A stretch of 64,000 nt of DNA from Octopus sinensis (Eukaryota): NCBI RefSeq assembly GCF_006345805.1, contig NC_042997.1, positions 208,692,001 through 208,756,000 of the forward strand. Reading direction: 5' to 3'. The notes under the pieces were generated by a model that was not told the DNA's origin, did no database searches, and worked only from the letters and a program-made list of their open reading frames with translations. The position numbers and the translations under genes are program-made. Position 1 is the first letter of the stretch, and each line of letters starts with the position of its first letter. Positions 1-64,000 of this stretch are shown in pieces.

Positions 1-49
1 CAGTGGGTGTAACCAGCCCATTTATGAATGCCTCTCATTCATTGGACAA

Positions 50-530
50 TAAACTTTGCTTACCCAGAATGCAGTAGCAGACGAAATACCACTAAGCATT
101 TCACCTGGCGTGCTAATGATTCTTATCTCTTTATTGCCCACAAGGGGCTAAACATAGAGGGGACAAACAAGGACAGACAAACGGATTAAGTCGATTACAT
201 CGACCCCAGTGCATAACTGGTACTTAATTTATCGACCCCAAAAGGATGAAAGGCAAAGTCGACCTTTGAACTCAGGACGTAATGGCAGAAGAAATACCTA
301 TTTCTTTACTACCCACAAGGAGCTAAACACAGAGAGGACAAACAAGGACAGACAAACGGATTAAGTCGATTATATCGACCCCAGTGCGTAACTGGTACTT
401 ATTTAATCGACCCCGAAAGGATGAAAGGCAAAGTCGACCTCGGCAGAATTTGAACTCAGAACGTAACGGCAGACGAAATACCGCTAAGCATTTCGCTTGG
501 TGCGCTAAAGTTTCTGCCAGCTCGCCGCCT
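50..530 (-). mobile_element. tRNA-derived SINE family A: one near-full copy plus partial tandem copies
   Basis: Minus-strand head GGCGGCGAGCTGGCAGAAAC..GAGTTCAAATTC (A/B-box-like); body GCCTTTCATCCTTTCGGGGTCGAT; followed by (TAA)n at 531-605. Confidence 0.85.
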
Positions 531-535
531 TAATA

Positions 536-582
<47 letters not shown>

Positions 583-699
583 CTACTGAATAATAATAAT
601 AATAATCTTTTCTATTATAGGTATAAGTCCTGAACTTTGGGGGAGTAGGCTAGTTGATTACATCAATCCAATGTTTCAATATGTTGACTTCATTTACTT

Positions 700-875
700 C
701 ATTTTTGAAAATGCTTGCACACAGACATAAGTTGTTTCAAATATTGATGCCATACCAGAGGCAAATGAACTCTCATTGCCGGTACTTACACAAAAGATAT
801 AGCGTTGGGGCAGGCTGGATGAACTGACTTTGTGGGCCGGATCTGACCTGTGGGCCATAGTTTGGTGATCCCTGT
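700..875. mobile_element. hAT-Charlie-like MITE fragment
   Basis: End motif gtgggccggatctgacctgtgggccatagtttggtgatccctg resembles Charlie-type MITE termini (recalled). Confidence 0.45.
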
Positions 876-1441
876 TTGGATGGTGCTTTTCACATGTTGC
901 AGTCATTTGACTGTGGCCATGCTGGGGTACTACCTTGAAGGGTTTAGTTGATCAAATTGATCCTGGTACTTTTTTTATTGGCCAGGTACTTATTCTGTCA
1001 TTCTACTTTTGCCAAACTGCTAAGTTATGGAGACATAATCAAACCAACACCACTTGCCAAATGGTGATGGAGGGACAAAGCAAAACAGGGTTTGGCGAAC
1101 ACACATTAGTCTGCAAGGGAAACTTGCTTTTCAATGACAAAATACAACAGTGATTAGTACATTCATGTTCAAAGCCAGTGGAATCAAGAATGCATATACA
1201 CATCATACATCTGATTAAGACTGTTCACCATACACATAACGGTTTGCTCTACACACAAACTAACTCTGAAAGACAAGCGAGCAAGGTGGTTTAATTGATG
1301 CAGTCGGCTCTTGCTTCAACATTAACAACAGCCATATTCTTACACAGACACTCTATGTTGGGTTATGGCACACTGATCCACACCAAATGTTTTATCATTC
1401 ATCACTCAAAATAGTTCCAAAGAGAAAAAATGTGAACATAC

Positions 1442-56536
<55,095 letters not shown>

Positions 56537-56862
56537 CTGAAATACAAAATAAAGAGAGACATTTGTATACACTGGAGTATACATACACACACTCATATAT
56601 ATAAATTATTAAGGTGGCTATTCACAATTTAGAACTGAAAGGCAACAAGTATAGCTGTCACTTAAGTGATGGAGGGTGCTGGTAAACACCAGCATTGCTA
56701 GAAATAAGAGTCAAAATAACTCTTAGCCAAACGAAAGCATTTTTCTAACAACCAACAAGGGAGACAGGCTCCCTCCCTATGACAAACAAGATGGAGTCAC
56801 ATCAGCACTGATTTCAGATTTAATTAATTTGCATCAGTGACCCATTACTCCATTGCTGAGGG

Positions 56863-56892
<30 letters not shown>

Positions 56893-56919
<27 letters not shown>

Positions 56920-57280
56920 AGCAAAATGTCTGTGTGTGTGTCCTGAAAAATTGTGGATTTGTAAAAATCCACAATTTTTCAGTTAGAGGGCTCACACTTT
57001 CTATGGTCATTCAAAACCGTCCAAGTGTGGTCGTGCACATATTTACATTTCCCCAGTCACCCCTCAAAGCCATTAAAAAATCAATAGAAGTGATGTTTTT
57101 GTGAATTTTCTATCCAAAACCCAATCAAAATGCCTGAAACTTGATATGCCAATTGAATGCCAGCTAGCTGTATGTGATTGGTCAGAGATTTGGACAGTAC
57201 TCGTGTGTATGTATGCACGCACGCAGTTGTATATGCATGCACTAGCACTATGACCCGGCGTTGCCAGCTCATAGAGCTAG
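56893..57280 (+). mobile_element. Non-autonomous Helitron-like element
   Basis: 5' TATATATAAACAGCAAAATGTCTGTGTG; 3' GC-rich hairpin-like segment plus CTAG|T. Confidence 0.55.
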
Positions 57281-57665
57281 TTGGTGAATATAATATTTCT
57301 TTATTTGTGAATTAAGGCTACCATTGGTTTCATGTTAAGAAAAGTAGGAAAACATCCTAGTGCCATAACAATTTTTCAAGCTGATCACATGCAGAAAGGT
57401 TCTTGCAACCATTTTGGAAAACAGTCTCACTTTGTTCACATGGTTTCTCATAAATTTGTATAAATAAAACAATGAATCAAGGGACATTACTCTTGAGTGA
57501 CATCTTTTGAGTGTTTGCCTCTTTTGAATTTGTCTTTTGGGCAAATATTTTTGTGGTCAATTTTCTTTGCATCATTTTGTTCTTGTTCTGAGCATGGTGT
57601 TCTTATGCTTGTCATTGGGGCATATTTCTTTTTTGTGTGAAGTTTGTTCATGTTTAGGAAAAGGG

Positions 57666-58300
57666 TTATCCTGGTAGGGTTACTATCGTGTATAGGGGCT
57701 CTTCTTTGAAATATTTGAGAGTAAAATATACTTTGTGTTTGCAGGGAGAGAGGGTCTCATCTCTAATGTTTAGGATGTTAACTGTTGATTGCATAATGTT
57801 TGATTTTCCAGTAATACAAAGAACACATTTGGAACCACATCCTCCATAGTTTTTGGCTTTAGCTCTGATTTTCCACACTATCTGGGGGCTACTTATTCCA
57901 CCTTCTTCAATGTCCATATCATATTTGACAAGGATGCTGCATGTGTTTTTGTTTTTGAATGATGCCAGATGTTGTGCATACCTTTCCTTGAATGAGTTCC
58001 CCATCATTCCAATATACGTCTTTGCTATTCCATTGGGGTCCATCATCTTGGCCTTGCATATGAGTTCTTTCTCAAGACATTTGTTTAGAGGACAGCAGTT
58101 TGGGGATCTACAGTTGCATTGTCATTCAGGGGTGTTTCTGGTGTATTTATGCCTCTTGTGATTAAGTATTATTGACTCTATATTGAGGAGGCAACTATAG
58201 CTAACTTTAGCAGTATTGCTGTTGAAGATCTTGTGGTATTTGTGTGAATGTGGAAAGTGGTTGTCTATTAGTTTTAAGAATTTCTTAGCTATGTTAGTGG
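57666..58300 (-). mobile_element. Penelope-like element remnant: linker plus GIY-YIG endonuclease
   Basis: FLKLIDNHFP..KIFNSNTAKVSYSC; KTYIG..SFKERYAQHLASF..WKI..C.LC..LNIRDE..PCKH. Confidence 0.85.
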
Positions 58301-58419
58301 CTAATACACACACACACACACATAACTTAGATATATTTCAGCCAAAGATTGGCCCAGGCCATGTCTAAGTTAACACCTGATAGGATCTGTTAAGTCATTT
58401 TTAAGTCAAGTCTGGAGGT

Positions 58420-58915
58420 ATCATGGTCCATTCAAGTAAGGAGTTGTTATTGACTGAGATGTATCCAGGTACAGGGGACTTGTTTGGCATCCCTTTACAA
58501 AGTTTGTCCTGGTTTCATTTGAGAGTGATGGGATCTTTTTCTTCTCTGGTTTGTTTTAGGATAATGTTAAATAGAAAAGGGCCTCTTGAAGTAAAGTGAT
58601 TGTGTTGCAGTGAATTTATGCATTGTGAGTCTGAATGGTGCAGAAGGCATATGTATGGCATGGGGGTCCCAGCCTCAGATGAATTCTTTATTTGACTTTA
58701 AGGTCATTCAGGCAATGTTGGCAGTAGATTCTCCACATTCAGCAAACATGTAGCACTCGTGGCAACTTTGCAGAGAATAGAGATTCAGTGTTTTAAGGCA
58801 GTCCAAATAATCAAAATCAGTCATACCTTTTGTGTTTTTAGTGAATGCTCTCTGGGGTGACTCAATTCTTGCAATGTTTAGTTTAGTATTAGAGACCACA
58901 GGGGGCAACAATTAT
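58420..58915 (-). mobile_element. Degenerate CR1-group LINE 3' fragment
   Basis: IESPQRAFTK..LKTLNLYSLQ; RGPFLFNII. Confidence 0.7.
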
Positions 58916-59554
58916 CTAGATGTAACCATACAAAGGAAGAGAAAAGGGAAATGGTGTTTGTCTCTCCAGTCCACAAAGTTCTGAGAATCCAGAAGCTCAT
59001 CCTGCAAGCCATATCAACTTCATTGTTGATGTGAGCACTTGAGCTGTGATTGTTGTTAACAATAACTCCTAAGCTTCTGATATCACTGGACGCTGTGAGT
59101 GGTTCTGAAGAAAGAAAAATGTTCCTTTGAGGACATTCTCTTTTCTATTGTGCATTTGACAGCATGTTGTTCTTATTCTCAACTCGTGCCAGTGGCACAT
59201 AAAAAGGACCATCTGAACATGGCCGATTCCAGCAATGCTTTGACTGGCTTCTGTGCCGGTGGCACATAAAAAGCACCAACCGATCATAGCCATTGCCAGC
59301 CTTGCCTGGCACCTGTGCCACGTAAAAAGCACCCACTACACTCATGGAAATATTCAACAGTACTCACGGAGTGGTTGGCATTAGGAAGGGCATCCAGCTG
59401 TAGAAACATTGCCAGATCAGACTGGAGCTTGGTGCAGCCTTCTGGCTTCCCAGACCCCGGTCGAACCCTCCAACCCATGCTAGCATGGAAAACGGACATT
59501 AAACGATGATGATGATGATGATTATTCACTTACAAAATGCAGCTCAGACGAGTG

Positions 59555-59592
<38 letters not shown>

Positions 59593-60349
59593 GATAAGTT
59601 TTTGAAAATTAGAGTCACCTGGGAATATTTTTTTTATTTTACTGTGCCTGAGCAAGTTTGCCTCTCAATTACACTATTTAGGGTTCAATTGCACAGTAAA
59701 GCACCCTGGGCAAATGTCTTCTACTCTAACCAAAGCCTTGTGAGTAGATTTAGTAGATGGAAACTGAAAGAAACCCGTCCTGTGCATGTTTAATTTCATT
59801 TTAATGTTGATGATGGTGCCATAGATGGATTTTGATCTGCAGTTTTTATCAAAAGCTGGGAGAAGTCACAGAATGTCTTTGGATTGTTTAGTTTAAATAA
59901 AAAATCGACATCAGTGGAACTACTGGTCACTGAAGTTTGAGTATAGTGGCACACGAGCATAGTGGCACATGAGCATAGTGGCACACGAGCATAGTGGCAC
60001 ATGATGCAAGTCCAGCCATGTTGCAAAGGTGTGGATAGGTGTTTGAGAAGCTTCCTTCTCAACTAAGCAGTCTTAGGTTCAATTCCATTTCGTCGCATTT
60101 TTAGGCAAGTGACATCTACTATAGCCCTAAGCCAGCAAAAGCCTGGTGAGCTGATCTGGTAGATGGAAACTGAAAGAATCCTGGAGTAAAGATTGTTTGC
60201 CAACATAACATGGCAGTCCTGGGTTAGGACAAATCTTACTATAATTGAGCCCCATGAGACATCGTCTCAAGCTGGCTATATGACCCAATCTGTGTCCTTA
60301 TATTTTTGAACAAAGGAATCTAGCACCCCAACTCAGCTCAAAACAATAT

Positions 60350-60392
60350 CTGTGAATCATGATTTCCGGGTCATTTCCCTTCATCAGCACAG
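60350..60392 (-). ncRNA. HHR motif, 350-bp family copy 3
   Basis: CUGUG-CUGAUGA-AGGG(AAAUGA)CCCG-GAAA-UCAUGA-UU/CACAG. Confidence 0.7.
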
Positions 60393-60591
60393 AGTAATTG
60401 CTCGGCTAGAGGTGGCGCTGCCAAATTCCCATTCAAATTATATAGTTTTCAAAGTGACAACTAGTCACTGATTTATAAATTAGAAAATTACTATTTTTAA
60501 ATCTCACAACGAGAAATATTCAAAAGTACTTCGGAGTAAAGATTGTTTGCCAGCATAACATGGCAGCACCAGTTCTAGCCAAACAATTATT

Positions 60592-60634
60592 CTGTGCTGA
60601 CGAAGAGAAATAACCCAGAAATTGCGATACACAG
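60592..60634 (+). ncRNA. HHR motif, 350-bp family copy 4
   Basis: CUGUG-CUGACGA-AGAG(AAAUAA)CCCA-GAAA-UUGCGA-UA/CACAG. Confidence 0.65.
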
Positions 60635-61134
60635 ATATTGCTTTGAGCTGAGTGGGGGTGCTAGAATCCTTTGTTCAAAAATATAAGGACACAGATCGTG
60701 TAGTATAGCCAGCTGGTGACGATGTCTCCTGGGGCTAAATTACAGCAACATTCATCCTAAACCAGGACTGCCATGTTATGTTGGCAAATAATCTTTACTC
60801 CAAAGTATTGTTGCTGAATATCTCTCGTTGTGAGATTTACAAATAGTAATTTTCTAATGAAAGAATCTTGTTGTATATGTATTTGTGTACCCTTGTTTTA
60901 ATATCCTATGATGGTTATAAATGAGCATCATCATCATCTTACAAGCAATGTTGTTTGTTTCCAGTCTCCTATAAGAACCTACCTAGCCAAGGGGACAGTA
61001 TTATTTTGCTTGGAAACAGGTGAGGACTGGTGACAGGAAGAGCATCCATCCATGGGAAATCCGCAACAGTAAATACTGTCAGAGGCAGTCAAGCATGGAA
61101 AAATAAGCAGTAGAGGATGATGATGACAACATTT

Positions 61135-61851
61135 CTGGAAATCACTTTTCAGGATGCTGTAGAGCTGTGCCGATGAATTTTGCTTAATGTCCCCTGTTGA
61201 CTCAAATCTTCTGCCTTTTTTTTTTTTTGAGCTTTGGGAACAGCGAAAAGTCACACAGAGCCAAGTCTGGGGAGAAGGAAGCCTGATGAAGAAGTGGTGT
61301 GTTTTGCTTGACAAGGAATTGTTGGAGGTGGGCGGAATGAACTGACTTAATTGACCCAAGGCTCATTCCAACTTTGGCAACAATCTCCTCAAAAGTCACA
61401 CAATGGCCTTCATAGACTATTCCACAAACCTTTGCAATCATTTCGTCTTTTCTGCAAGTCAATGGTCTGTCACAACGTGGCTCACTGTCCAGCCATCTTT
61501 CAACTGGCTGTATCATTCCTTCATTTGTGTTTTTCCCCTGGCATCATCTCCAAACACCTTCTGAATCTTCTCAATAGTCTGGGCTTGCGTATCACCAAGT
61601 TTTGGCCAGAATTTGATTGAGTATCTTTGCTCAAGGCTCTCAGTTATCTTGACTCAAAAAGAAAAATCGCACAGCATATTCTTCACATCTGTACTCAACA
61701 TGTCAATACAGGTGAATAGCACAACCTACAGACATGAAAATGTTTGCGCTTGCTCAGGAAGGACAAGGCCACCTAATACCTATGCAGATTTTGCTCACGC
61801 ATTATCATTTTGTGGAAAAAATTCAAGATCGGATAATTTTTAACTACACCT
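61135..61851 (-). mobile_element. mariner transposase relic
   Basis: SPDLALCDFSLFPKLKK..GRRFES; left end resembles the mariner TIR ..AGGTGTAGTTAAAAA. Confidence 0.8.
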
Positions 61852-61869
61852 TGCATATATGTGTATGTA

Positions 61870-63250
61870 TTATCATCATCATCATCATCATTTAACATCC
61901 GCTTTCCCTGCTAGCACGTGTTGGAGGGTGCGACTGGGGCCTGGGAAGCCAGGACGCTGCACCAGGCCCAGTCTGATCTGGCAGTGTTTCTACAGCTGGA
62001 TGCCCTTCCTAACGCCAACCACTCCATGAGTGTAGTGGGTGCTTTTTATGTGCCAGGCGAGGTTGGGAATGGCCACGATCGGTCGGTGCTTTTTACGTGC
62101 CACCGGCACGGAGGTTAGTTGGGCAACAGCCACGTTCAGACAGTTCTTTTACGTGCCACCAGCACTGGTGTCACAAATACAATTTCCATTGATTTTTGAG
62201 CAATTTCGATTTCGATTCTGATTTCACTTGCCTCAACAGGTCTTCGCAAGCAGACTTTCATGTCCCAAGAAGGAAAGGTATGCATAAGTGGGCTGGCTAC
62301 ATCCCAGGTAGAGGCCACAGGTTATGGCCTCACTTGTCCTGCCGGGTCTTCTCACACACAGCATACTTCCAAAGGTCTCGGTCACTAGTCATTGCCTCGG
62401 TGAGACCTAATGTTCGAAGGTCGTGCTTCACCACCTCGTCCCAGGTTTTCCTGGGTCTGCCTCTTCCATAGGTTCCCTCAACCACTAGGGTGAGGCACTT
62501 TTTCACACAACTATCTTCATCCATTCTCACCACATGACCATACCAGCACAGTCATCTCTCTTGCACACCACATCTGATGCTTCTTAGGTACAACTTTTCT
62601 CTCGAGGTACTTACACTCTGTCGAGTATGTACACTGACATTACACATCCATCGGAGCATACTGGCTTCATTTCTTGCAAACTTATGCATATCCTCAGCAG
62701 TCACGGCACATGTTTCATTGCCATGTAGCATGGCTGTTCGTACACATGCGTCATACAGTCTGCCTTTTACTCTGAGCGAGAGGCCTTTTGTCACCAGCAG
62801 AGGTAAGAGCACCCTGAACTTTGCCCAGGCTATTCTTACTCTAGCAGTTACACTTTCAGCACACATGCCCCTGCTACTGACTTGGTCACCTAGGTATCGG
62901 AAGCTATCAACTACTTCTAGTTTTTCTCCCTGGAATGTGGCAGAAGTTGTTCTCTGCACTTTTTCAGTGTTTATTGCTCCTGAGCATCTGCCACATAAAA
63001 AAACTATCTTCCTAGTTAGCCTTCCTTTGACATTGCTGCACCTCTTGTGTCCATAGCTTACACTTGGTTCATCTTATAGAGTTTCTACCTACGCCTTTTC
63101 TACAGATCGAGCAGGGCCATCTACCTGAAGGCGTTTGTGATTTGTCTACCTTCCTACTTATTAGTCTACCTTCCTACTTATTAGGACAGTGATTCCTGAT
63201 GGGCCGGGGTCTTTCCCTGCCTTCATACTCTTGATTGCTTTAACTACCAT

Positions 63251-63260
<10 letters not shown>
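61870..63260 (-). mobile_element. RTE LINE 3' portion (ORF2 fragment plus complete 3'UTR)
   Basis: GEKLEVVDSFRYLGD..KGRLYDACVRTAMLHG..GRGRPRKTWDEVVKHDLR, running directly into the common (GAT)n-tailed sequence. Confidence 0.92.
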
Positions 63261-63300
<40 letters not shown>

Positions 63301-64000
63301 ACTTGAGAAGAAGACCCATAAAGCCAAGCAGAATTGCAGTTGTGACAGATATTGGTATCATGCAAATGGCATGTAAAAACACTCATTACACTCTCAGAGT
63401 GGTTAGCATTAGGAAGGGCATCCAGCCGTAGGAAACCATGCCAAATCAGACAGGAGTTTGGTGCAGCCTTCCAGCTTACCAGCCCTGGTCAAACTGTCCA
63501 ATCAATGCCAGCATGGACAACAGACGTCAAATGATGATGATGATGTGTGTGTATCTGTGTGTGTGTGTGTATCTGTGTATGTGTGTGTGTATCTCTGTGT
63601 GTGTGTGTATCTGTGTGTGTGTGTGTGTGTGCATGTTATATTATATTAGAGGAAAAAGGACAAACACCAAGACAGGACTGGTATCTCAAGTCATTAAGAC
63701 TATTTAATTACGGTAAGGTGAAATTGAAGTCTTACAGCTGTGGTTTTAAAGACCACAAAGCAGATTTCATAACTTAGGTGAATCAGTAAGAACACAATAG
63801 ACAATATAGTACCTGTAGTTTAAAACAATTAATCAACTTATAGTCCTGCACAGGTGAGGTTATAACCTGGTTTCACCTCCTTGAAAACAAAAAAAAACAC
63901 CCCCTCATTTCTACAATTTGATATCAGCAACCACTACTTTTCTATATCCTGTATCCTCCTTAACAAAGCTCTCATTCTAGCTAAAAACCTAACTAACCTG

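Larger units (their letters stand above)
60183..60860. mobile_element. HHR-bearing repeat family: full 350-bp monomer (-), partial tandem copy, then inverted (+) copy
   Basis: GGAGTAAAGATTGTTTG recurs at 60183 and 60533 (period 350); the strand switches near 60567. Confidence 0.85.

Noticed and set aside
694-906. Next DD3-3 exon
   Set aside because: No family motif and no suitable phase-1 exon; overlaps a hAT-like fragment

Overview
This is eukaryotic, AT-rich, repeat-saturated genomic DNA. Its SINE/LINE and microsatellite content matches an octopus (coleoid cephalopod) genome; this is inferred from recalled repeat families, not from a search. There is one 100-N assembly gap at 4479-4578. 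One host gene spans almost the whole window on the minus strand: a DD3-3-like gene. I reconstructed nine GT-AG exons (87, 96, 139, 117, 138, 179, 234, 171 and 230 nt; 1391 nt in total) that splice into one open, phase-consistent frame. The first and last exons are not in the window. The introns hold CR1-group and RTE LINE fragments, an R4/Dong-like endonuclease remnant, Penelope-like element (PLE) remnants, several tRNA-derived SINE families, Tc1 and mariner relics, piggyBac- and hAT-type MITEs, Helitron-like elements, foldbacks and minisatellites. Main discoveries: (1) Three unrelated repeat families carry minimal type-I hammerhead ribozyme (HHR) motifs. One is a 350-bp monomer family (4 HHR copies) with retrozyme-like tandem/inverted architecture, one is a 333-bp tandem unit, and one is a core-intact HHR on the host pre-mRNA strand with its own antisense arm. 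(2) A 224-bp inverted duplication would base-pair over the 3' end and splice donor of a frame-shifting exon. Coordinates for exons, HHRs and TSDs were counted by hand. Most repeat boundaries are approximate, and identities are by-eye estimates.
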